64,000 nucleotides of DNA, taken from a virus. The position numbers and the translations under genes were made by a program. The DNA lies in the UHGV virus genome UHGV-0134778, one strand, 5' to 3'. The first letter of the stretch is position 1. The number at the start of each line of letters is the position of its first letter. The notes beneath the pieces are model-generated. The model saw only the letters and a program-made list of their open reading frames with translations. It ran no database searches and was not told the origin of the DNA. Below, piece after piece: positions 48,520-56,299 of this stretch.

Positions 48520-48745
48520 CACATAACTTTATCCGAACTCGCGCGGGAGGCTCTCAACCGACTCCTTCCGGCGCTGGCAAGCTTTCGTCGGTGGTCCACA
48601 TTAGTGCTCGGCCTTTGGCCTGCGCTATCGCTTCGCTCCCACACATGTTAACAGTCCTGCATGTATGCACTTCTGTTATTGTGTGCACTATGGAGGCCCG
48701 GCATCTCGCCCCCCCCGTAGGCGAGTGCCAATGAAGGGCCGACAC
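48520..48745. other. GC-rich structured island, candidate non-coding RNA or long 5' leader
   Basis: About 225 nt of high GC in an AT-rich genome with nested hairpins (e.g. GGCACUCGCC...GGCGAGAUGCC, GGCC-AAA-GGCC); overlapping ORFs have implausible composition. Confidence 0.3.
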
Positions 48746-48883
48746 TACCCATAATAAGTAATAAATTTAAAACATGGTACTTAGGATCTAGTATATTCTA
48801 CATAAGTTAAGTATATGTACTTTAGTACCATAAGTACTAGATCTTTTATTTTTATTATTTAGTTATTTTAGTTATATTCTTTA

Positions 48884-48967
48884 TGTGTCCGTATCACGGA
48901 CAGTTAGTGTCCGTATTACGGGCAGATGTGTCCGCGTGACGGACAGTAGTGTCCGTATCACGGACAG
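48884..48967. repeat. four tandem 19-bp palindromic repeats (GTGTCCGTATCACGGACAG) with 21-22 bp period
   Basis: Copies start at 48885, 48907, 48928, 48949; each has arms TGTCCGT/ACGGACA; AT-rich hairpin just upstream. Confidence 0.6.
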
Positions 48968-49041
48968 TTACTAACCTCTGTTCCAGAGTGAACATAAAAC
49001 ATACAAATCCTTATAGTACAGATGTTTAAGTTTTTACTGGT

Positions 49042-49392
49042 CTAACCAGTTGTTGACATTCGAATAACTTCTTCTGGTGGCAAAACTTTGGAAAATGTGC
49101 ATCTTTTACCTCTCCCTTGTGTGGATATTTCAACCACTCCTGCACATTCTAAAGTTTTAACGCACGCTGCTGCTTTTGTTTTCTTTATCCCAACATCTGC
49201 TGCAATTTTCCTTGTGCTTGGTGTGAAGCGTGAATTTTCTCCAAGCTTATACCAGTTGTGCAGGTAGCAGTATACGATCTTGTCATATAAGTCAAGAACA
49301 ACAACCTCCCCAGTTGTGTCATTCAAAACTTTTGACATAGACAGTATTTCAAGGGGGACTTTAAGATATAGCAGCTTATCCCCATCTTTCAT
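49042..49392 (-). CDS. winged-helix-like DNA-binding protein
   Basis: 116 aa; segment STRKIAADVGIKKTKAAACVKTLECAGVV resembles an HTH; gene ends 75 bp from the repeats. Confidence 0.35.
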   Translation of the reverse strand: MKDGDKLLYLKVPLEILSMSKVLNDTTGEVVVLDLYDKIVYCYLHNWYKLGENSRFTPSTRKIAADVGIKKTKAAACVKTLECAGVVEISTQGRGKRCTFSKVLPPEEVIRMSTTG

Positions 49393-49439
49393 ATCTCCTG
49401 ATTCTCCTTGTGTGGCAATTTTCTTTAAAATAGCAGGGA

Positions 49440-49994
49440 TTACTCCCCGCTGTCAATAGCAAGACTCATTGCAATACGGTATGCCTCTTCTAATGGTAAG
49501 AGTCTCCCCCACACATCCCAACCGACATCAAACTGCCTGCCAAACAACTGCTGTGTGGTTCCGTGAGCATGACCGAACAGTTGGACTGATCCGTGAGGCT
49601 TTCTGTTCCACTTTGCAAACTGGTAATGGCTCATACAGATCAAATTCTTGTTGTGGCGAAGCTCGTAATAATCTACAACCTCATGACCGAACTCTTTCAT
49701 AATTCTGACAGTCGTCCTTGTGTCATGGTTACCACGAACAAGAATAATATGTCCGTTCAACATATTTAGAACATCTGGAAGCAATTTGTTGATATTCTTA
49801 TCATTAGTGCACGCAATATCCCCCAAGTGAAACACAGTGTCTGCAGGTGACACAACAGAGTTCCACTTGGTGATGATTCCCGCATTCATACTGTCAAGAT
49901 TGTGATCATACTGAGATCTGTGTTTTTGACATGAGTCGAACTCCATTACCCGCTGGTGGAGAAAGTGTGTGTCGCTTGTTACAAAGTATTTCAT
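49440..49994 (-). CDS. calcineurin-like metallophosphoesterase (polynucleotide 2',3'-phosphatase candidate)
   Basis: ORF track gives 49440..50099, but GAGGAA RBS precedes the internal MKYF start; motifs SDTHF, HLGDI, RGNHD. Confidence 0.55.
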   Translation of the reverse strand: MKYFVTSDTHFLHQRVMEFDSCQKHRSQYDHNLDSMNAGIITKWNSVVSPADTVFHLGDIACTNDKNINKLLPDVLNMLNGHIILVRGNHDTRTTVRIMKEFGHEVVDYYELRHNKNLICMSHYQFAKWNRKPHGSVQLFGHAHGTTQQLFGRQFDVGWDVWGRLLPLEEAYRIAMSLAIDSGE

Positions 49995-50001
49995 ACATTC
50001 C

Positions 50002-50412
50002 TCATTTAAGTTTAATGCAGTTTTTAAGCTGGCGTTCCATACGATCCACAACCCTGTCTGGAACATCATGAATGCTTTTATTACCATGGCGGTTTTCAAC
50101 CACGATCACGGTATAACTATATCCATGACTGATCGCCATGTCAATATATTCTTGCACATATTTTTCTTTTGTAAACGTATTACTTACCACGATACGGTCG
50201 TAGCCCATACGCATCATATCTTCTACGTTATCTTTGCACCATTTTGCTGCAAGTGTTACTTTACTTGCATCCCAATTGTAATTGCCGTCATCGTCGTACC
50301 AGAACATATCGTTCTCAAAATGTGGATACAGACCTTCTAAAGATAGCGCATTTGCCAGTGTTGATTTGCCAGACCCTGGTAGACCACGCACGATATATAG
50401 CATTTTAGACAT
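50002..50412 (-). CDS. P-loop polynucleotide 5'-kinase-like protein
   Basis: ORF track gives 50002..50568, but GGAGAG RBS precedes the internal MSKMLYIVRGLPGSGKST start; Walker A GLPGSGKST. Confidence 0.55.
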   Translation of the reverse strand: MSKMLYIVRGLPGSGKSTLANALSLEGLYPHFENDMFWYDDDGNYNWDASKVTLAAKWCKDNVEDMMRMGYDRIVVSNTFTKEKYVQEYIDMAISHGYSYTVIVVENRHGNKSIHDVPDRVVDRMERQLKNCIKLK

Positions 50413-50440
50413 AGTAACTCTCCGTTTTAATTTTAATGAT

Positions 50441-50469
50441 AGTATACCTAACTGTTTTGTTAATTTCAA
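50441..50469 (-). promoter_or_regulatory. sigma70-like promoter TTGAAA-N17-TATACT
   Basis: Read on minus strand upstream of the kinase gene in the divergent intergenic region. Confidence 0.45.
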
Positions 50470-50512
50470 GTGTTGACACCAAGTTATTTGTGTGGCAGGA
50501 TAAAGGGACAAA

Positions 50513-51448
50513 ATGACAAATGAGGAATGTATAATGAAGTATTTTAATGCAGACGACCTAGTTGACAAAGGTCTTGTAACCAGCAGATATTACCCGGATC
50601 TTGGGTTAAAGATCTATAAATATGCCAGAAAAGTATTCTACAACAATTTATGGCATTTGTCTCCTCGTTTGCTGGAGTGCCGAGGCATTGTTGTCGGTAA
50701 TGAAGGAAATGTTGTGGCATGGCCCTTCACAAAAGTGTTTAACTTGGGAGAAAATTCCACCAACCTGCCTGACAATAAACTTGTGACGGCGGTAGAGAAA
50801 AAGAACGGATTCCTTGGTGTGGTATCATCTCATAAAGGTGAACTATTGTTCTCAACAACCGGGTCTCTTGATTCTCCATATTGTAACCTTGCAAAGGAAA
50901 CAATCCAGGAGCAATGTGGTAATTTAGATCTTATCAAGAGGGTTATGGGCCATGAAAACATGACATTCATGTTTGAAATTTGTCACCCTTCAGATCCGCA
51001 TATTGTTCAGGAAGATCATGGCGCATATTTGATAGGTTGCAGATATAATGATTCTGGAATAATGCTACCAGAAGCAGCTTTAGATGGGATTGCCAAATAC
51101 CTTGGTGCAAAACGTCCTCACACTGTGCGTGAAATTCCGTTCAGCTATGCAAAAGAATTAGCTGCAGAAACAAGAGGTGAAGGGTATATGATTCGTAAGC
51201 CTTACTACCCTTATGATCTGCAGCTGAAGATCAAGTCTCCATACTATTTGGCACGGAAGGCCGTAATGAGGGGTAAAGCTTGGAAGATTTGGGATGATGA
51301 TATCTTTAAACGTGTTGACGAAGAGTTTTATGGCATGGTAAACTTCATTCGTAGCAATTACACAGAAGATGTGTGGAACTGCCTCCTGGAGCAAGAACGT
51401 CGTGAGATACTTGACTGCTATTTCCACAACGAGGACTATATGCAATGA
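50513..51448 (+). CDS. rnlA: RNA ligase, T4 Rnl1-like
   Basis: Stretch LLECRGIVV...PFTKVFNLGEN...VEKKNGFLGVVS parallels T4 Rnl1 around its KEDG adenylylation motif; alternative start at 50534. Confidence 0.65.
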   Translation: MTNEECIMKYFNADDLVDKGLVTSRYYPDLGLKIYKYARKVFYNNLWHLSPRLLECRGIVVGNEGNVVAWPFTKVFNLGENSTNLPDNKLVTAVEKKNGFLGVVSSHKGELLFSTTGSLDSPYCNLAKETIQEQCGNLDLIKRVMGHENMTFMFEICHPSDPHIVQEDHGAYLIGCRYNDSGIMLPEAALDGIAKYLGAKRPHTVREIPFSYAKELAAETRGEGYMIRKPYYPYDLQLKIKSPYYLARKAVMRGKAWKIWDDDIFKRVDEEFYGMVNFIRSNYTEDVWNCLLEQERREILDCYFHNEDYMQ

Positions 51449-51795
51449 AGAAGTTGATTGTGTGGCTGGATGACTTGAGAGATCCGTCAAATTATGGGCT
51501 CCCAGATGCTCTTTGGCTAAAGAATTCCTCTGAGTTTATGGATTTTATTAACGATAAGGGAAAGCTCTACAGGCGCGTTTCTGAGTGGCACATGGACAAC
51601 GATCTTGGAGAGGTATTTGAAGGGTACGATTGCCTATCTATGTTGGAGGAAAAATTTGTATTTGGTAAGCCTCCTGTAGTTGACAACGTGAAGATTTTCG
51701 TGCATACTTCTAACCCATCAGCGGCTCGTAAATTCATGATTGCTGCTGACTCGTTTAAAAAGTTTGGAATAGAGATTAAACAAAACATCTACTGA
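51445..51795 (+). CDS. small protein with receiver-like acidic pocket pattern
   Basis: 116 aa; LIVWLDD...HMDND...FVHTSNP...K pattern; translationally coupled to ligase gene. Confidence 0.3.
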   Translation: MKKLIVWLDDLRDPSNYGLPDALWLKNSSEFMDFINDKGKLYRRVSEWHMDNDLGEVFEGYDCLSMLEEKFVFGKPPVVDNVKIFVHTSNPSAARKFMIAADSFKKFGIEIKQNIY

Positions 51796-51803
51796 GGACA
51801 CTT

Positions 51804-52565
51804 ATGCGACGACTGATCATTATCTCCGGTGCTGGTTTGAGCGCTGAATCTGGTATCCCCACTTTCCGATCTGGTGGCACTGCAATGTGGGAGAATTTCA
51901 GCATCGATGAGGTGTGTAACATCCACACCTTTGCCAAGAACTACTATAAGGTGCATGACTTTTACAATGCACGGCGTGTAGCTCTGGGCAGTGTTGATCC
52001 TAACCTTGCACATCTCCGGATCGCTGAGTGGTATTCACGCTGGTCTGGTCGTGTGATCAACCTGACAACCAATGTAGATGATTTGCTGGAGCGTGCTGGT
52101 GTAAAACATGAAGATATTTTACATGTCCACGGATATTTGCCAGAAATAGTCTACGAGGATGATGAAGGGAGTAACGTCATTAAAGACATTGGATACTCTG
52201 AGGTAGACGCAAGCAAGTATACTTGGGTTAAGCCTAATGTAGTGTTTTTCGGAGAAGTAGCTCCAAAGTATACAGACATGTATGACCTGTTGACTTCTCT
52301 GACGAGCAATGATATGGTTATCCTTGTAGGGTGCTCCAACACAGTTATCAATTTTAACTGGGAGCTATTCCCTGCCTGTAATAAGGGAACCAAACTGCTG
52401 ATCGTTAACAAATACGACTCACAGCATTTAGGGGAGAATGGCATTTCACGTAGTGACATTTACCAGTATGAGGATCGCGGCATCCCAGTTTGGTTTAACG
52501 GGGCGGTTGACGCTTTCTCTGATAAAACATTTATTGACATCGTAGAAAACTTTATGGAACTGTAA
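51804..52565 (+). CDS. Sir2-family NAD-dependent protein lacking zinc ribbon
   Basis: GAGLSAESGIPTFR, TTNVDDLLERAG, HVHG and VGCSNTV motifs; no CxxC pairs. Confidence 0.65.
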   Translation: MRRLIIISGAGLSAESGIPTFRSGGTAMWENFSIDEVCNIHTFAKNYYKVHDFYNARRVALGSVDPNLAHLRIAEWYSRWSGRVINLTTNVDDLLERAGVKHEDILHVHGYLPEIVYEDDEGSNVIKDIGYSEVDASKYTWVKPNVVFFGEVAPKYTDMYDLLTSLTSNDMVILVGCSNTVINFNWELFPACNKGTKLLIVNKYDSQHLGENGISRSDIYQYEDRGIPVWFNGAVDAFSDKTFIDIVENFMEL

Positions 52566-52579
52566 GCGGAGGCCTTTTA

Positions 52580-53293
52580 ATGCTGAATACTAAACTGATC
52601 GACAACCTGGAAAAACTGTCTCAGCCTGAAAACTACCTTTGGTCTGCCAACTGGGTGGAAAATTGGAACCGTGTAGCAGCTAAAGTGAAAAAATCATACA
52701 CACCATTCGAACTTCAGCTGAGTTTCATTGAGGAAGAGTTCAATGAAGTTTTGGAAGAGTTGGAGAAAGGTGATGGTGGGGATCATCTCCTAAAAGAGGC
52801 CTGCGATCTTCACGTTGTCACAAGTTATGCCGCTTATCTTGTTAACGATAACCATGAAAAGTGGTCAAACCTGTTTGATAATCCGCGAGGTCTTAAGTTT
52901 AAGATCGGTGAATTTTATGATACACTGATCGCTGCGAAAAATACCTCTAAGCAAAGAGCGTCTGCTTACCGCTTAGCAGAGCTGTCAACGGCTTTACTGT
53001 TCCAGCTTCGCGGTGATGTGTGCGGGATGATGCGGAAGGTTCTAAAATCTAATGACAGCAAGTTTGCACGTGTCAACCATCTGCGGCATTCACACGGTGC
53101 CAGTGCAGATATGCCTGCTGAACAACTCATCGAGTTGGAGATTAAAGATCTTGAGCGACGCTTTGATGGTCGCTATGAAGGTTTTGTTGCTAAAGAAGAA
53201 TTCTACAACGGAAATAAAGTTATCATATTCCTCGACAGTAAAGGTAAGATTATGAAGCCTTCAAGCTTCAAGGATGTAACAGAATATATTTAA
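52580..53293 (+). CDS. MazG-like nucleotide pyrophosphohydrolase candidate
   Basis: 237 aa; EEEFNEVLEELE...EACD fits the EExxE...ExxD pattern. Confidence 0.3.
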   Translation: MLNTKLIDNLEKLSQPENYLWSANWVENWNRVAAKVKKSYTPFELQLSFIEEEFNEVLEELEKGDGGDHLLKEACDLHVVTSYAAYLVNDNHEKWSNLFDNPRGLKFKIGEFYDTLIAAKNTSKQRASAYRLAELSTALLFQLRGDVCGMMRKVLKSNDSKFARVNHLRHSHGASADMPAEQLIELEIKDLERRFDGRYEGFVAKEEFYNGNKVIIFLDSKGKIMKPSSFKDVTEYI

Positions 53294-53300
53294 TAACATA

Positions 53301-53328
53301 GCCGGGGCGATCCCGGCTTTACTTGTTT
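53301..53328 (+). terminator. rho-independent terminator
   Basis: GCCGGG-GCGAU-CCCGGC hairpin followed by TTTACTTGTTT. Confidence 0.55.
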
Positions 53329-53357
53329 CGGAAAGTATGCAAGTGAGGTAGAAAGTT

Positions 53358-53666
53358 ATGTACAAGCACTCCAGAGATCTTGAAAACGATGATGTGTTTG
53401 GGGATCAGATGAAAGAATTGGTTAAACTTATAGGTAGGATAGAGGATAAGTTTGACACTAAGATCTACATCGACAGCAAAGTATTCAACCACAAAATATG
53501 GACAAATCTGTGTGTTGGACTGCATGGAGATAAAGATGTGGTAAATTTAGTTGTAATTAAGTTCATAGTGTGGCAGAATAAAACTATAAATTATTACGAT
53601 CCACACCTACTTGTTTACCCGATAAAAGACCTATTAGAGAAGGAGGACTGCAATGCCGTTATTTAA
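53358..53666 (+). CDS. hypothetical protein
   Basis: 102-aa ORF. Confidence 0.35.
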   Translation: MYKHSRDLENDDVFGDQMKELVKLIGRIEDKFDTKIYIDSKVFNHKIWTNLCVGLHGDKDVVNLVVIKFIVWQNKTINYYDPHLLVYPIKDLLEKEDCNAVI

Positions 53667-53922
53667 TCTTGCTAGACCTGTAGAAGCACACCAGTTTGAC
53701 GGAAGCTCTTCATCAGTATCTGATCTGCAACGGTGGATTGATACAGGTGTGTTTACACCGTCACCTGTTCGGACCAGAGATATTCTTCGCATGTGTGAGC
53801 TTGTCGAGCCGTTTGGTAACCTGGTCTTGTACCAAGGGGATTGGTTAGTTGACTTTATGGGAGACTGGTTGGTAATGAGCAAAGAAGAGATGTTTAAAAT
53901 TTTTAAGGAAGAGGCTGAGTAA
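53653..53922 (+). CDS. hypothetical protein
   Basis: 89-aa ORF coupled to DNA ligase start. Confidence 0.35.
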   Translation: MPLFNLARPVEAHQFDGSSSSVSDLQRWIDTGVFTPSPVRTRDILRMCELVEPFGNLVLYQGDWLVDFMGDWLVMSKEEMFKIFKEEAE

Positions 53923-55205
53923 TGCATCAGATCAAAACAACACTGTACGCACTGAACAAAGATGGCAGCTACCAACAGTGGAAAGTATTCACGGATGGTG
54001 ATAAGGTTATCGTAGAGTTTGGCAAGCTTGATGGTAAACTGCAATACAAAGAGACGATCTGCACACCTAAGAACGTGGGTCGTGCCAATGAAACTACAGC
54101 TGAGCAACAGGCTGAGCTGGAAGCGATCAGTAAGTGGGAAAAACAAGTCCGTCTGGGGTATGTTGAAAATATGGAAGATTGCGAGCAGGGTGTTGACCTT
54201 TTACCCATGTTGGTGCATGACTACCTGAAGCGTGGAAAGGCACTTAAATTACCTTGCTGGATTTTGCGTAAGTTAGATGGCCTTCGTCTACTGGTTGTTT
54301 TCCAAAACGGTGAGCCTAAATTTATTTCCCGTGGTAATAAGTCCTACCCTATTCAAGGAAAGCTTCTGGAGCAACTTCGTTCTTTCCACTTCACCACCGG
54401 GATTAAACAGCTCGACGGAGAGATCTATATTCATGGTCTGCCTCTGCAGAAAATAGTGTCTCTTGCTAAACGTTGGCGCACACAGGAAGAGATTCAGGCC
54501 GAGATCGATAAAGACTACGAGGCAGATAAAAAACGCCGTCATGCCGCAATTAAGGCAGGCTTATCAACATACAAAAACTTCAATAAGGTAGATATTCCTG
54601 TTGATGTTGAGCCTGTTCGTGATGATTTGCGTTACGGAGGGTACTGTAGCTATGACTTAGAGTATCATATTTTCGACATCCCTAGTGACAAGGTATGGTG
54701 GGATCCAGAAACAGAATCTGGACGATGCAAGGATCTTATGGATGCAGAAGATACCATTACCACCCTGATGCTTGACCATATCAAGGTTGTTGACGCAGAG
54801 CTTGCGTACACAGTTGATCATTGCGAAGAATCTGTTGGTGTATTCATGTCCGAAGGATATGAAGGTACTATCATGCGTAACTTCTGCGGTAAATATGAAT
54901 ATGGTCAGCGAACATCTGAAGCATTGAAATGGAAAAAGTTCAACGATGCTGAGGTGAAAGTTATTGACGTTGAGAAAGATAAGAATGATGAAGGTGTTCT
55001 TATCTGCGTTGACAAGGAAGGTATCGTTGTTAAAATGAAGATGAAAGGCACGCACGAGGAGCGTAGCTATGACAGGATGCAGGAAATGATCGGCAAGTTT
55101 GTCACCTTCAAATATCAAGCAAGGACAGAAGACAACAACTACCAATTCCCTGTCGGCATCTGCGTCCGAAATGTTAACCCTGACACTTGGGAGGTTCTGG
55201 AATGA
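53922..55205 (+). CDS. ATP-dependent DNA ligase with N-terminal extension
   Basis: 427 aa; motif I KLDGLR; roughly 90-aa N-terminal extra domain. Confidence 0.65.
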   Translation: MHQIKTTLYALNKDGSYQQWKVFTDGDKVIVEFGKLDGKLQYKETICTPKNVGRANETTAEQQAELEAISKWEKQVRLGYVENMEDCEQGVDLLPMLVHDYLKRGKALKLPCWILRKLDGLRLLVVFQNGEPKFISRGNKSYPIQGKLLEQLRSFHFTTGIKQLDGEIYIHGLPLQKIVSLAKRWRTQEEIQAEIDKDYEADKKRRHAAIKAGLSTYKNFNKVDIPVDVEPVRDDLRYGGYCSYDLEYHIFDIPSDKVWWDPETESGRCKDLMDAEDTITTLMLDHIKVVDAELAYTVDHCEESVGVFMSEGYEGTIMRNFCGKYEYGQRTSEALKWKKFNDAEVKVIDVEKDKNDEGVLICVDKEGIVVKMKMKGTHEERSYDRMQEMIGKFVTFKYQARTEDNNYQFPVGICVRNVNPDTWEVLE

Positions 55206-55232
55206 TGTAGGAAGGTTTAGTAGGTAACGGTA

Positions 55233-55261
55233 GCCAATTGAATGATGGTTTTTCAATTGGC
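55233..55261 (+). promoter_or_regulatory. 9-bp-stem inverted repeat GCCAATTGA/TCAATTGGC
   Basis: Perfect inverted repeat with 11-nt loop just after ligase stop; no T-run, so regulatory rather than terminator. Confidence 0.3.
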
Positions 55262-55329
55262 ACCTACATAACCACATTATGCAGTGTTGTTGATCGGGTT
55301 AGTTATGAGTAAATTGGAGAGTATGAAAA

Positions 55330-55800
55330 ATGAAACTTGATAAAAATGTTCAACGAAAAGCTTTCTTGGATATGATCGCATATTCAGAAGGTACAGATAA
55401 TGGTAGACAACCTACCAAGGATCGGGGCTATGATGTCATAGTCGGTGGCAAGCTGTTTAGCGATTACAGTAAGCATCCAGGTGTGTACGTTAAGCTAAAT
55501 GCTAAACTTACCTCCTCTGCTGCGGGGCGCTACCAAGTTTTGGAGAAGTTTGCTAAACACTATATGAAACAGTTAGGATTACCAGATTTTGGCCCTGCCA
55601 GTCAGGATAAGATCGCACTACAATTGATCCGTGAGTGCAAGGCGCTCGATGATATTGATGAAGGTCGTATTCATCAGGCCATCCATCTTTGCAGATCCCG
55701 ATGGGCAAGCCTTCCTGGTGCAGGGTATGGTCAGCACGAACAGAAGATCGAAAAGTTGATCGAGGTGTTTAAAAAGTCAGGCGGTGTTGTCCTAGATTAA
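55330..55800 (+). CDS. endolysin, lambda R-like lytic transglycosylase
   Basis: QRKAFLDMIAYSEGTDNGRQ...GYDVIVGG...WASLPGAGYGQ closely parallels lambda R. Confidence 0.8.
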   Translation: MKLDKNVQRKAFLDMIAYSEGTDNGRQPTKDRGYDVIVGGKLFSDYSKHPGVYVKLNAKLTSSAAGRYQVLEKFAKHYMKQLGLPDFGPASQDKIALQLIRECKALDDIDEGRIHQAIHLCRSRWASLPGAGYGQHEQKIEKLIEVFKKSGGVVLD

Positions 55801-55803
55801 TCA

Positions 55804-55832
55804 TTGACATGACCACACGGATGTGGTATTGT
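55804..55832 (+). promoter_or_regulatory. sigma70-like promoter TTGACA-N17-TATTGT with CCACA..TGTGG inverted repeat in spacer
   Basis: Located between endolysin stop and lipoprotein gene. Confidence 0.35.
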
Positions 55833-55863
55833 TACCCAGTAAAATGTTAAGGAGAGTTTAACC

Positions 55864-56070
55864 ATGAAAGATTTTCTGTTGGCAATTTTATTCATGGCAG
55901 CATGCTTTGCCTGTGGTGTCGTGTTTGCAGGTGAAACAGCGTATCTTGTAGATGTATATCGGGACAATGGTAAACGTATTTGCCTTTATGAAACAAGCCA
56001 AGGTGAGCTCTACGAGCTTGTGAAACAAGGCGAGGCTGGATCTTGTCCTCGGACTCACTTCTTCGAATAA
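55864..56070 (+). CDS. small lipoprotein (superinfection-exclusion candidate)
   Basis: 68 aa; signal peptide ending in lipobox-like MAAC; Cys-rich mature part. Confidence 0.35.
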   Translation: MKDFLLAILFMAACFACGVVFAGETAYLVDVYRDNGKRICLYETSQGELYELVKQGEAGSCPRTHFFE

Positions 56071-56080
56071 TGGTGGTAAT

Positions 56081-56299
56081 ATGGCTTTAGAAGGCACTGA
56101 TTATATTCACGATTATCGTGGGAGTGCAGTGTATGTGGGAGATACTGTTGCAGTATACTACGGTTATGGTTCCCTAGAAACAGCGAAGGTCATACAGATC
56201 AAGAATGACCGTGCTAAGCTTGAAGTTTATTACTCTAATGGCGAAAGATCGATTTCTAAGTGGAAAGATGGTCATTGTATGGTCAAATTGGAGGGCTGA
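56081..56299 (+). CDS. hypothetical protein
   Basis: 72-aa ORF. Confidence 0.35.
   Translation: MALEGTDYIHDYRGSAVYVGDTVAVYYGYGSLETAKVIQIKNDRAKLEVYYSNGERSISKWKDGHCMVKLEG

Noticed and set aside
48507-48745. Small ORFs on both strands inside the GC-rich island
   Set aside because: Composition is not protein-like and there is no RBS; the region is better explained as structured RNA or leader.
48520-48745. RNase P RNA, tmRNA or a second group I intron in the GC-rich island
   Set aside because: None of the conserved core motifs of these RNAs were found by eye on either strand; left as an unassigned candidate.
48884-48967. Possible CRISPR array
   Set aside because: Only four repeats with 2-3 bp between them and no spacers; the repeats are palindromic binding-site-like iterons.
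50473-50505. Promoter for the RNA ligase operon at TTGACA 50473
   Set aside because: No acceptable -10 hexamer at 16-18 nt spacing; the plus-strand early promoter remains unassigned.
50002-50568. Full-length 188-aa and 219-aa ORFs for the kinase and phosphatase genes
   Set aside because: The N-terminal extensions are hydrophobic or low-complexity and overlap the neighbouring gene; internal Met codons with clear RBSs give compact domains.
54657-55277. 206-aa minus-strand ORF inside the DNA ligase gene
   Set aside because: Antisense to a well-supported ligase ORF and Cys/Phe-rich with no RBS.
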